From Antedon mediterranea (Eukaryota > Animalia > Echinodermata): DNA of 64,000 nucleotides. A model generated the notes under the pieces. That model searched no databases. It was not told the origin of the DNA and saw only the letters and a list, made by a program, of their open reading frames with translations. The translations under genes and the position numbers were made by a program. How positions within the stretch are numbered: position 1 is the first letter of the stretch; the number at the start of each line of letters is the position of its first letter. The stretch covers positions 9,570,101-9,634,100 of the forward strand of contig NC_092677.1 of assembly GCF_964355755.1 (NCBI RefSeq), read 5' to 3'. Below are positions 28,101-40,774 of this stretch, in pieces.

Positions 28101-31100
28101 CATACATCTGTACACGAAGTGAATGAGAAAGCTTGTCATCATTTTTAAGTCCAAACAATCTGTAGACATCCTCGCCAAACAACATTTTTAGTTGTGTAAA
28201 GCAGCTTAAGCAGAATTAGAGTACACCTATTCTGTAGGTTGCAGACTGAGCTAGTTCCTTACCTCAATAAGTGTCTCTGGGTACTGTTCAAAGTGAGGAA
28301 TAGATGCAAGGTGTTGGCAATACTGTGGATAATCCTTTAATCTGGTTTTGAACTTATCTAATGCAGCTATACCAAAATAATACATCTTACTACCATGAGG
28401 TTTGCGAAGTGCCTCTAGAACGTATCGTAAGGCAATGCCTAGTGCAATATAACTAGAAAAATAAATGAGATATAATAAAGAAAATACCATGTGTATATTA
28501 GTGTGCAGTATGGTTTCTATCTTGATCATTTCCTATATAAAGTGGTTGTATTATATATAGTTAATTTATGCAGGGTATGTAACATGTATGTCACTACTAC
28601 ATAGAATTCACTCATGTTTGGCTTCAGAAAAAAGTGTGTACATAAATAAATTTGACTGAGCATGGTCTCTATGTATATGCAGACATAAAGTGTGTGGACT
28701 TGAATTCTAGCCCATTCTTCACTATAGCAATTTTTAATAATCACATGTCAATCTGTTTTGGTCAATGCTTGTATGTATAGTAAACTTACGTCACAAGTCC
28801 TTGTTCTATAATTCCACCAAACAAACAAGCGGTGATGTGAAGCTCACGGTCTGGATATTGTGGGAAGAACTTGTACTCCTCAAACAAATTACGCAACATG
28901 CACATAAACACCTCCTGTCAATCAAAAAATAAGTGAATAAGAGGGAATCAATTACTTTTATAAGCTCCCATTCCCATGAACATAGATATTGTACAAAATG
29001 TGGAATTATTTTATTCTTTATCAGTGTATAAAAGACAAAACAATGACTTGCAGCCTAGTGCACAAGGTTGCGGACAACACAGAAAAAAAACTTTAATTCC
29101 TCTAAAGGGTCTTTCATGTTTTTCAGTAAACATGCTCAAGTGCTGAGATGGTCAGCGGGGAAACCTTTCATGCCTCCAAAAGATGCACCGGATTCTTAAG
29201 CTTTGTCTACACTATTAAACTAATTTTGACCAAAAAAAGTGTGATGTGCCCAAATATCGTAGTGATATGACGTCATCGTGTCCATATATGGGCACATCAC
29301 ATTTGCTGTTACATAAAGTGTAGACAGAGCTTAAAACACAAGGTACACATGGCTAAGATTTTCTAAATTTAATAGTCATTACTCTTTCTTTCTTGACTGT
29401 AGAATCTTTGAAATTCTTGAGCATTTCAATGACATCCTCAACTGACATGGATGGGTTAGGTGGCTGGTTGTATATCTTCTGAAAGTAGCTATTGGCTTCA
29501 TCGTCAATTTCTTGTGAGAAAGTTTGGTTTAACTCTGGCCATATGCTTGATATATCACCTGTAATTATCATTGAAAATGTTATCACATGTAAAGCTCTGT
29601 CTACAGTATCAAACTAAACTATGGTAGTGATATGCCAAAATATGGTAGTGATATGACATATTCACATCCCATTTTGTCACATAAAGTTTGATAGTGCAGA
29701 CAGAGCTGTAAGAGTAATTTTTGGTCTGTATATAACTCTCAAAGTAAATGTTTGCCAAGAAATTTCATATTTGTTTTTATTTTTATTTAAAAAATACAAA
29801 TAAATGACAATCATGTACACTATAGAAAGATTGGATTGAATTAATCAAAATAAATTGAATTAATTATAATAATCACAAATAAAACAAACTATTAATTAAG
29901 TTATAACTATGAAATAAACAAGTTTTGTACTTTACCTTGCCGAGCAGGCTTGTTGACAGGGGCTGGCATCATGCCACTATTATTAGGACGCATTTCTGAA
30001 AAACAAAAAATTCATATATTATATTATAACTTGCATGGATAATTCAGGTACTACAATTTCATTTTTATTCTACACTAATTGTTTACTATAGTACAATATG
30101 TTTGTTTTAAAAGAAAACTGAGCATCAATTAAAATTTTATGTTATGTATTTAGGCACATGTGACCAAGGATTACTAATAGTAAATTAATCACTGTCCTAT
30201 AAGATATGTGGTAATCCCCATGAACCAGTTTATCGGGTAACCCCTATGTTTTATAGTCCTTATCCGAGAAGACTTGTTTCACCACCAGAACTAGGAGTGT
30301 GTCAGCCTCAAACCCATACCGATATTGTTGTTGGCTCTTTAGGTATGGTAAATGGCGTCCCTGCCTTAACAGCTCGACTTTGACGAACATATAAAGTAGT
30401 TTTTATATAAAATCTTATACACAAGCACTAAATAAAACAGGTACTATCTATAAACTCACGATGTTGGGTGTTATTTGGTAAAGACGATCCACTCAAGACA
30501 GGTAAATTGGGAAATGGTTTTGGTGGTGACTGTGATTGATTGAACAATGACATCATAGAGTGATGAGGGAAATTTCCCATTCCAACACTTGATGTAGGTG
30601 TTGTATTACCGCCTATGTTTAGAGATTGCATTCCTGGTAGTGGGTCCACCTGTAAAATACACAAAGTCATGGTTAACTTATTAAATAAATTTCTTAATTG
30701 TGTTATAGGCAAAAGACACAAAAGAAACACACTAAAAAATGTCTACAATTTGTGTTGCCTTTTTTTTGCTTTGAATTGCTTACTACACCTAGCAATACAT
30801 TGTCAGTCAGTAATAACCCATTTAGATTAAAGCACTTGACAGACTGCAAAAATAATTTAAAAAATAAATTTTTGCAAGAATCTTTGGCCTTCACCTTTAA
30901 CTTGCATTTTCGTCAGGAGATGGCATTTACACTTTCATGTCCTCGAAATACCCACCCTTAGATTGGCGCCTCACAGATTTCAACATCCCAAGCATATGAT
31001 ATTGTGTGTACTTTAAAACAGTAGTTATTTCCATAATAATTGTAGACTCCTTAAATCAACCAGTAGAATAAATATAAAAACCAGTTGATAATGGACCCCA

Positions 31101-34100
31101 ATGGAAATAAGCTGCAATGATATTTACCAGCTTTTTTTAGTTATCCATGGAAGACTACCGTATGTTTTAATTGTTCTTGTTTACCAATTGTAATGTATAT
31201 TTGTGTACTTCCGAATAAATTCAAATCAAATCAAATCATAATGGGGATAATAGGAAGCTTTCGATTTGCGACGATTAATGATTGACGACCAACATATGTC
31301 AAAGGTCAATCAATGTGTCGTCAGCCGGCTAGAAAACACCAAACCTGTGCGTATAATGAACCAACATGATTGACGTCTGTCCCTATTGCGATACTGATTA
31401 TTCTTAATCACTGAATTTGCACTACATAGTGTGACATTTCCAAAACTACCATATTGGGGTATATCACTACCATATTACACTGTTTTTGTCACATAAAATG
31501 ATAGCATAGACAGAGCTTTAGAATCAGCTTATATACAGTACATAAAAATACCAATCACTATAAAAAAACCTATGCAGTAACAACATTTTGATGTTAGTAG
31601 AGATCTAGGTATAAATAACACATGCTTTTATTTACAGTAGTTCAATAAATATTTTGTTTTGATGATGGAGTGTGATGTAAATAATTTATAGTTTATATAA
31701 TCCGTTCCAAATAATATCAATTGGTTGACTACATGTAAAAAACTGTACACCAGATATATTTGTGATTACTTGAAAAAAAAAGTGATTTTCTGTACTATTA
31801 AATATTATGCGGTTATAGAATAATAGGCATTTGTGCAACAGACAACAGCGCTTTTACTATTAGCGCATTAATACATGCTATAGTATTGCTCAATGTCATG
31901 CTATAGTATTTTATAGTTGTTATAGTTTTTTTTTTTTGCCAATAGTTTTGAGAGCAAGATTGCTGCTGGTTTGATAGGGAATCAGTTTGAGGCTACATAC
32001 ATTTTGTACAGGTTTGGCTCCAACTAACACCTAGATCAAAACACCATTGCATAGAGTACAGTTATTATATTTAAACCCTGCACTAAACACAAACGTGTCT
32101 ACATAGTTTTAGTAGGAACCAAACAAAGATACTTGCGAGCACATGCATGCAATGTGTTACCGATTACAATAACAGTGGAACAAACCTGAGAGGCAAAAGC
32201 TTGTCCTAAGCTAGGAAAGACGGACTAAACAGAGGAGAAAATCAAAATTAAAGGTGACATATCATGCTGCAGTCTTAATAGACACCATGTTAAACATACT
32301 GCAGTAACTTCAGTAGGGATTGCAAAACTTTACTAAACTAACTGAATTTTTACATGGTCTATTATCAGACATTGCTATACCAATTAAATGGTCACAATGT
32401 GGAAAAATACATATTCTAGTTCCACACAGAATACTTGTAGTTTTTCTGTAGGCAAGAATAATAATAATTTGACACTCCAAGCATTATCCGATACCTGTAA
32501 TGTTGTATAGATAATTCTCCAAAAAAAAAAAAAAACAATAACAATAAAGTAATACTCTAGTATTGTAATACTAGTCTAGTATGGTAAAAAGACAGTTTCA
32601 GTGACAGGACAGGAAGGAATTCAAGCAAACAACATCAGGTTAGCAACACATAACAGAAGGAAAAATAAAGGAATGGAAAAATCAATTAAAAATTAGGATT
32701 AATTATTGATAGATAGTTCACATAACCCGTGATTTCTAGCCTATAAACATTCAGATAATTTTAACTAACCTGTTGATTGATACCAGGGCTAGGCTGTGGT
32801 TTCATGACACCCGGTGGTGGCCGGGACTTTAGCAAGTTAGAGCAGTTTGCAACCATGCTCATTATCTGTTCAGATATGTCTTGCGATACTGTACCAGCAG
32901 CAGCTTGTAGGCATGCTAACATTGTACCCACAGTCTCTAACGGTAGACTGCCTTGTTTGAAGTTGCTGGCGTTTATGTCTTTCTCGTTCAGACCAAGAAC
33001 TTGTGGTGCACGTCGTTTGAGGAATATCACGCATGCTTGCACAAACAATTCCTGGAAAAATAGAATTTAACTTATCAATCGACAATGGTTTATATAGCAT
33101 TAAAACTGACAATATTGCATCAATGCTTACAAAACATAAAAACTGTACCTCAAAATATGCCATTATCTTTCTAGTATCGTAGACAAACTTTGTAATAGAG
33201 AATTTGTTAATAGTTCTTGTATCACATGTGAGACATATGTGATACTGTATCACAGAATTTGCCTATGATACTGCACAGATAATATTATGTCTGCTTGTTT
33301 CAGTGTGGTCAACTTACCCCATGTTCTCTTATCTTGTCTGTAATCCACTTATCCAGCTTTAGATATTCCCGTCTGGAAGCTAGGCAGGCAAGGTCTATGA
33401 CAAACTTGAAAGGTGTTCCACTCAGAAGCAAGGATAAAGCCTTCAGGTCCTGAGCCACATCTAGGATACGAGACAGCCTAGCTTGATCACTCTCACCTCG
33501 CATGTACCACTCTGCCATTGAATGCATGATAATTTGTCTCACTGACGGAGATTGACTCTGTGATGGTAGAAAGGTAAATAAATTAATATGTTTAATTGTG
33601 GTTATTTATAGGTAATGGGCTTTGTTTTATACCTTTAAGCTCTGTCTACACTATCAAACTAGTTGACAAAAGAAGTGCACCCAAATATGGTAATGATATG
33701 CCCAAATATGGTAGTGACATGACATCATCATGTCCACATTTTGCCACATTGCTCTATAGGAACTGTGCTGCACATAATTATTCTTAGCGGGACGCAACAA
33801 TCTTTGTTTACACTAGGCCTATGATTATTTCAAAATAATAACTAACATGAGCGTTTTTTGTAGACACAAGTGAGTGGGTGGTCAGGCGGTTAAGACAGTG
33901 GAACCGTAATTACGTAGCCATAAAATCGGCAGGGGTTCGAGGCTCACTCACTCCATGGTTCTGGTGGTAGAACGAGTCTCGGATAAGGACTATAAACCGT
34001 AGGTCCAGTGTACACATCTAGCTTGTGTGCACTTTAAAGAACCTAGTACATCTTTCGAGACGAGTAGGGGGTTACCCCGGTGTATTAGTACATCACAGTC

Positions 34101-37100
34101 ACTGATCATAACTGGGCCCTTTGGGAGACCAGTTTTTGACTGAAGAGGTCGCCCAGTATAAATAAAATATTTCAAGACAATTATTGGTTCAAGATTAACA
34201 ACACTTGCCCAGATACATATTTCCTTTTTTTACATAGAGCATTAAGGATAAACAACTTACATTTCCAAGCCATGCGTGTTGCAAGACTATGCTTGAATTT
34301 GGATGATTTCCAAGAAAGATTGGTATTAACAATGAGATCAGCTCATGACGTAGAGAAGTCCATTTTGGCTGCAAAAGAATTGATTGATCTATTGATTTCA
34401 GGCAAATGATCAGATTTACAAAACTTGGCTTACCAAAAGAATACACCTGACAGGGGTGTGATATTTTAATGTATATTAATGTTCTTCTTTACGAAATTTA
34501 TTATTTATTTATTATTATTATTATTATTATTTATTATTTTTATTATTTTGTGTTAATATTCTTCTGGAGTTCATGTTTCCTTTTATGTACCTCAAGTAAG
34601 GAATTATTCATCATACAAAATGTAGTATGGCTTTGTACAGGGACTATAAAGAAAGGCAATGTTGGTTTATCCAGGTAAGCTAGGCCCGATATAGACTAAA
34701 TACTTTCACTACATGCTATTTTTCCCCACTGACATCTCCATTTGGGAAAAACAATAAATTTATTTCATAATAATAATCATTATTTCAGATAAACCTTATA
34801 ACCAACATTTAATCAACAAGTGTTGTTTTTCTGGTTAGTGTATCATCCTATCATTTATCACAAGCATCTTTATCGTTTTAAATGCGGCTGCCTTTCAAAT
34901 TAAATTTCTTATAGGAACAGGACTTACTCCACATTGTAGTAAACTTAATAGCAGCATATCGGGACAGTGTTTAATTGGGAAAGCAAAAAGCGTCTTCACT
35001 TGTTCGTATTTGCCCATCTCGGACAACGTTAACAGCGTTTCTGTCAACTCCATAGATTTCCTATAAAAAGAAGATAATAAAATCAACTATAAATTTATTT
35101 TCCACATTTAGATTTAAACAAACAAATTAAAAAAAATATTTCAATCATAAAGCTGTGTATCATATTTAGTATCTTGTATTATCTTGCCTCCTTAAGCTCT
35201 GTCTACACTATCAAACTATATGTGACAAAAATGTGATGTGCCCATATATGGACATGATGATGTCATATCACTACCACATTTGGGCACATCTCACTTTTTT
35301 CATTAGTTTGATAGTGTAAACAGAGCTTTAAAAATGTTGAGTGCATTCACTTAATATATATAACAACAAACATCGATATCACAAACTTACAATATATTTT
35401 ATAAACAAATTAAAATATTTACTACGTGATCAGATAAACCTTATAACCAACATTTAATCAACAAGTGTTGTTTTTCTGGTTAGTGTATCATCCTATCTTT
35501 AATCATAAGCTTCATTATCTTTTAAATCCTTGTCAAATTAATTTGAAAAAATATCAGTATCACAAACTTACCAATTTGCAATCTCTCGGTTGTCCTCTTC
35601 TGGAAGAGCTTTCAAAATTTCCACAACCACACCATGGAATGGATAATCCGCAAAGCAGAACACATCTGGATTGGTCAGAATTTGTTGTATCCATGACAAC
35701 TGTAAACATAAATAATAAGTTCCAAACAAACCATGTGTGTAAATTGATTATAGATAATTTATCAATTCAATTATTTTTATTTATTTATTCTTTAAACTGA
35801 ATGAAACAGTGCGAAACCATTGATTTGGTAGAGAACATTTAACAATATAATTATAATTCAAAATATTAGATCAGATAAACCTTATAACCAACATTAAACC
35901 AACAGTCGTTGATTTTCTGGTTTTTATATCATCCTTTCTGGTTAAAATCAAATTAAAAATTTGTATAGTATTTTATCCGAAATAACTCCCAAAGCATAAG
36001 CCTATCAATACAATATTTGGGCACACACACTTTATTTGTCAAACTAGTTTGATAGGGTAGGCAGAGCTTCAGACCCATAAACGTACTTGTCCTTCAGTAT
36101 TTTTCCAAACACGATACAACACTTCAATCGGAAACATTTCCTGCAGTCCACGAAGCAGCGCTACTTTTAACAATCGTAAACACTGGACGTCCTTCACAAT
36201 AAAACCGGGGTAATCAAGACCATTGATGACATCATGGAAATTTATGTGTGGGGCAAGGTCGCGTACCGCCTCTACAAACATTTCGATATTCCAAGTTGTT
36301 ACTTGCTTGCTTTGTTCAGATTTATCTTTACCATCATTCCATGTGTTTGAACCAGGTAACAACTATAATAAAATTTAAAATACCCATTTTTTAAATAAAT
36401 TAATGTAGAAGGAAAATTTAAAAATTAGCTAATGTTTGCTGGTTGTAATGTTTGCTGGTTGTAATTTTTGCAGGAAAAAATTACTTAAATAGTTTAGCAA
36501 AGATACTTGTGGCTTTATCTGCCAGTTTGACTTGTAGAATTTATTAATTAATTCACCACTATTCAGTGCTTGTTTGTTTTTTGATAGAGTTTTTGGGTTG
36601 CAAGTTGATTAAAATAAATATCTAGCCCAATAGTATGAATGCATCTTGTAATTCCAATGGTTTAGTATAAAATATTCATCTGTGTTCAAAACACATCTTA
36701 AAAACCAATCAAATAATTGTCAATGACCTTTATGATACTATACATAAATAAATGGATGGGGTTTCTAAATAACAACATTAATAGATTTCTTTGTGTTAAT
36801 ATTCTTCTGGAGTTCATGTTTCCTTTTATGTACCTCAAGTAAGGAATTATTATTATTGTATTATCATACAAAAGGTAGTATGGCTTTGTACAGGGACTAC
36901 AACAAATCCTAATTGCCCTCATTAAATTAAACACATAATGACAACTAGAGATGGCACTTCTAAGTAAGAACATTAATAATTTCTTTGTGTTAATATTCAT
37001 ATTTCCTTTTATGTGACCCAAATAAGGAATTATTCATCTTACAAAAGGTAGTATGGCTTTGTACAGGAACTACAATAAATCAAAAATACCCCCATTAAAA

Positions 37101-40100
37101 AAAAAGCACAATTAAAAGAAAAGAATGTCACAAACCTGCAAGTTCATGCCTTCTGTCAACCCTGTATGTGTTTGAGCCATCATACCAAGAACCATTGCAA
37201 TGGAATTAGGGTTCAAGTGCTGAACACCTAGCTGCATTAACGTCTTGCGACACTCTTCCATTGATGTGCAACACCCATAGCCCATCTCCTGCAGAGCATC
37301 TGCTAAAATACTCTCATTCTGAAATTGTAAACAGGGTATGTTCAGATTCATAAAGTTATGCTTTCGATTCGCAAGCAATGTCATTATAATTAGCATCGTA
37401 ACAGCAAAGTTTAAGATTTCGCTTTCATTTCAATCTGAAGTGTCACTGACTTGGGCGAACATATGGTATGCAGGAGTAAATTTGATTGGTTAGAGGTCAA
37501 AATCGTTCATGCATTACTTTCGTATCATAAGCGTCGTTCACTAATCTTGTACCTTGAACTGTCGTAACAAACGATAGATCAGTGTCGTAAGAGGTGGCTT
37601 TCACTAATCTCTTCGTGGTTCAGACCTATGGAGTTGTCTGCTGTGTACGTTACGAAAGCATAACTCCGTAGGTCTGAACAGGCTCTTAGTGTTACCATCA
37701 GTTAAAAGTAATTGTCTCTTATAAATTGTAAATGTACTAACCACTCCTTTGGGTACGTTGAGACTATCCGATAATAATCGTTCCATTGTAATGTCCTCGT
37801 TGGTACTATACAACAGTGGGGCTAAGACTACTGGTAGTCGGTCACGTGGAAATTCTATTGAAAAACAAAAAGCATTTAATTATTTTCAGCAAATTCCGGT
37901 TCTTGAATACAAGATAGGATTTTCAAAAATGTCACAAAAGCCAAAGTTAAAATTCTATCATATGTTGTTTTTTATGCGGTTAATTCAAAAGACCAATATA
38001 AAGCTCAGTCCTCAAAATAATTATACCAAAACGGTATTACCTTTGCGCAAGGTGGCGAGAAATGTGTTTCTCTGCGCAGTTGAAACACCAGTTACTGTTG
38101 AGCTTTTGTCTTTGCCAACCTGCAATAGATATGTCAGCAGAGAATGCAGAACTTCAATTGAGATGTCCGCTAAGCCTCCCACCTCTTGACTTAAATCTGA
38201 GAAAAGAATTGGCAGGACAATGTATTATTATTACAGCCAAAACAGTTTTAACGCAGCATAGTAGCCGCAGCATAGTAGCCGCAGCATAGTAGCCGCAGCA
38301 TAGTAGCCGCAGCATAGTAGCCGCAGCATAGTAGCCGCAGCATAGTAGCCGCAGCATAGTAGCCGCAGCATAGTAGCCGCAGCATAGTAGCCGCAGCATA
38401 GTAACCGCAGCATAGTAGCCGCATAACATAACAGCATATATGTCGCATACAGATGAATTAAACCACTAGTGCGTCAAACAACATAAAAAAAGATAAATCT
38501 AACCAGGATCAATGTATGTGCGAATTAAATCTGGAAGTTTCTGCTTAACAAACTGGGTTGCTGAAATTAAAAATATGAAATGCATCCTTATTCAAATAAA
38601 AAAGTATTAGTTAATTTCTTTCAGGAAACAAACAAAAATGGAGCACTTGAGTACTGTAGTACTTTCATCTTTCACGTCATGAAATTATTTGTACCATCGC
38701 ACTCATAAACATTCATTATTTGCATAATATAATATCGATAGATTACATCACCTACCTAGAGTCTGTACTTCCTGTAAATCAGAATGCCTCAGAGCCAAAG
38801 CAAACACAAGTTCTTGTACTCGCGATAACTTCAAGGTTTTACCGATTTGTGGAAACAGCTGGGGAGACGGTTTCAACGTTTTCTGATAATGCAACGGATG
38901 TCCAACCGCAAAACAAATTAATGTTATGAAGTTGGATTTGGAAACGAGTGCAGTGCACTCCTGAATCAGTAATTGAGCCTGTAAGAAAAAAAAACATACA
39001 TAATTCAGAATTTATATTACTGTTTTCTGTATTTGCTGTAGGATGAATTGAATTGAAATATTTTATTTATACTAAGCAACCTCTTCAGTCAAATACTGGT
39101 CTCCCAGAGTGCCCAGTTATGATCAATGGCTGGGATGTACTAGTACACCGGGGTAACCCCCTACTCGTTTCGAAAGATGTACTAGGTTCTTTAAAGTGCA
39201 CATGAGGTATATGTGTACAATGGAAATATGGTTTATAGTCCTTATTCGAGAAGACTCGTACAATGAAGCGAGTGAGCCTCAAACATTTGCCAATGTTATG
39301 GCTACGTAATTACGGTCCCACTGTCTTAACCGAATGTTACTGCTTGAAGCTTGGTTCCCACTAGAACGTAATGCTAGGACGTAAACGCAACGCAAGCGTT
39401 TTAACCAATGACAAGCGAAGTTATAGACAGTTAGCAAGCACAAGCGAATAAGCCATCGCTTGTGATTGGTCAATTCACTTGCGTTGCGTTACGTCCTTGC
39501 GTTGCGTCGCTAGTGGGAACCAAGCTTAAGGTATAACATACATTGTGAGGCGGAAATTCAAAATTCATTTTTGCAAATGTAGCATAATTAAAGACACCTT
39601 CCCTACAATTTGTGACGTTTTGTAAAAATAATACATTTATTACTTTAAAAACATTAAACCAGGTAATTCCTTGTCTTAAATGCACTACCTAGGTAGCCTG
39701 CGGCGACTGACCTCTTGTGGACGGTCTTTAGGCCTAGCCTAGCTAGGCTTAGTTTTGTAGGCCTAGCTGGTAAACATCGGTAACGTACGAACATCGTACG
39801 CTAGCTATATATCTAGCCTGACGTTGTATAGTTGCTGCATTAATTGTCTTTCTATTTTTGCCAGACTTCGTTGATACAAATTGGGGAACACCCGGTATTT
39901 TTTAGTTTAAAATAGATCTAAAAAACGTAGGGAAGGTGTCTTTAAATACTGTAAGTTGCAATCTCTTTCTTACCTGAAAATCTTTAGTACCGCTTTTGCC
40001 GTCAGTACTAAAGTCTACGTGGGAAAACAGACACCGAAGAAGGTGACGCTCGCCTTCTAGGCTATGTTGCTGAACCAACTATAAAAAAACAGAGAAAAGT

Positions 40101-40774
40101 TGTGTGTATTTTGTCATCAAAAAATTAAAACTGAAAGTTTTTTTTAGGGTAGGCTTTTAGAAAAATTTAATTAAATTTTATAAATCTTATTACTAATTTT
40201 TGTGCAAGATTTTGGTAAACTGTTAGTGTTATCACCAGATTTTAACAATTTGAGCAATTTTAAATTCTGCAAGACTTTTCTTGTGCAATTTGAAAATGTA
40301 CTTGTTTCCAAGTGTGTGTTGAAAGATTTTCCAACTTGACAGTGTTGTTGAAAAATTTGCTCAATTTTAAATGAATATTTGCAGTAAAAAGCATTTAACA
40401 GACAATTATACACAATTTTATTCACTTTTACTTTAAGAAAAAAATAGTTATTAAGTAGGCCTAGTGTATACATGGTATTCAATTACGGTACTTAAATAAT
40501 GGTAGAAGTGAGTTCTCAGGTAAAATCTGATATATTTTTAATTATTATAATACTACTTTTTAATGTCAAACGAAAAAGAAACCATTTACATAATATGCAG
40601 CCCATACATATTCCATATGATCCCCATATTTCATCATCGTTATACAAAGCCTAGGCTAGTAGGCCTACTCACGTTATAAATTTCTGTAACACTGGATTTA
40701 TAGTTCTTTTTGTTCAGGTTTCCTACCAAATACGAGATCTGGGATAAGGCCAGCGACAGAGAGTCCAGATTCAT
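16164..40774 (-). CDS. CNOT1: CCR4-NOT transcription complex subunit 1
   Basis: Starts [25 protein letters not shown] (ATG at 40774). About 41-42 GT-AG exons carry hallmark peptides ([105 protein letters not shown]). Ends [14 protein letters not shown]...SPV* with TAA at 16166-16164. Confidence 0.98.
20295..20497 (+). mobile_element. CR1/L2-clade LINE 3' end fragment
   Basis: Translates to [26 protein letters not shown], typical of the C-terminus of CR1/L2 ORF2. Followed by a tandem (CAAGGTAGGT)n tail at about 20471-20497. Confidence 0.75.
20942..21003 (-). ncRNA. Candidate box C/D snoRNA, copy A (CNOT1 intron)
   Basis: Host-sense strand reads ATGATGA-aaaccttc-CAGA-...-tgttggttgaataaggtttat-CTGA, with canonical C and D boxes. 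Three paralogous copies lie in other CNOT1 introns. Confidence 0.6.
21310..21612 (-). repeat. About 20-bp minisatellite made of splice-junction copies
   Basis: Units such as TACTGACCTGGGTAAAGTGA and TACTGACCTAAACAGAGTAA on the + strand. The last unit overlaps the real CNOT1 donor at 21604/21605. Confidence 0.85.
29199..29331. mobile_element. Abundant ~135-bp Harbinger-like MITE (AGCTCTGTCTACACTATCAAAC family)
   Basis: TIRs AGCT(C/T)TGTCTACAC ... GTGTAGACAGAGCT with TTA/TAA flanks. Core CCAAATATGGTAGTGATATGACATCATC. Confidence 0.85.
32186..32224 (-). CDS. CNOT1: Candidate 39-nt cassette exon of CNOT1 ([13 protein letters not shown])
   Basis: ttttctcctctgtttag|TCCGTC...TCTCAG|gtttgt. Phase 0/0 matches the flanking exons, there is no stop, and TGCATG lies about 35 nt downstream. 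Confidence 0.7.
33869..34172 (+). mobile_element. Full-length tRNA-headed SINE with Deu/Nin central domain
   Basis: A-box TGGTCAGGCGG and B-box GGTTCGAGGC. Central GATAAGGACTATAAACCGTAGGTCC...GCACTTTAAAGAACC...GAGTAGGGGGTTACCCCGGTGT resembles the Nin/Deu domain. Other copies at 39065-39332 (-), 30225-30375 (-) and 26630-26720 (+). Confidence 0.85.
34785..34848 (-). ncRNA. Candidate box C/D snoRNA, copy B
   Basis: ggATGATA...CAGA...TTGATTA-aatgttggttataaggtttat-CTGA. The C box is non-canonical; near-identical to copy C. Confidence 0.5.
35195..35327. mobile_element. Harbinger-like MITE (same family as 29199)
   Basis: Complete TIRs with TTA TSD on both sides. Further full or partial copies near 8080, 9482, 16768, 17930, 18940, 19100, 22120, 29593, 31430, 33638, 36010, 52997, 56952 and 63680. 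Confidence 0.9.
35430..35493 (-). ncRNA. Candidate box C/D snoRNA, copy C
   Basis: Same layout as copy B, in the next CNOT1 intron. Confidence 0.5.
35871..35934 (-). ncRNA. Candidate box C/D snoRNA, copy D
   Basis: ggATGATA...CAGA...aatgttggttataaggtttat-CTGA. The middle has diverged while the boxes and guide are retained. Confidence 0.5.
38253..38430. repeat. 14-bp minisatellite (GCAGCATAGTAGCC)n, about 12 copies
   Basis: Near-perfect tandem array in a CNOT1 intron. Explains the repetitive ORFs at 38154-38448. Confidence 0.95.
39065..39332 (-). mobile_element. Deu/Nin-type SINE copy, 5'-truncated
   Basis: The reverse complement matches the element at 33869-34172. Confidence 0.85.
39348..39526. 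mobile_element. Harbinger-like MITE
   Basis: TIR AGCTTGGTTCCCACTAG ... CTAGTGGGAACCAAGCT with TGA/TAA flanks. Internal ACGCA/TGCGT repeats. Confidence 0.8.

Noticed and set aside
38154-38448. Repetitive ORFs ([14 protein letters not shown])n
   Set aside because: An artefact of a 14-bp tandem repeat that has no stops on one strand.
16164-40774. U12-type or non-canonical introns in CNOT1
   Set aside because: The junctions I checked are ordinary GT-AG without RTATCCTT donors.
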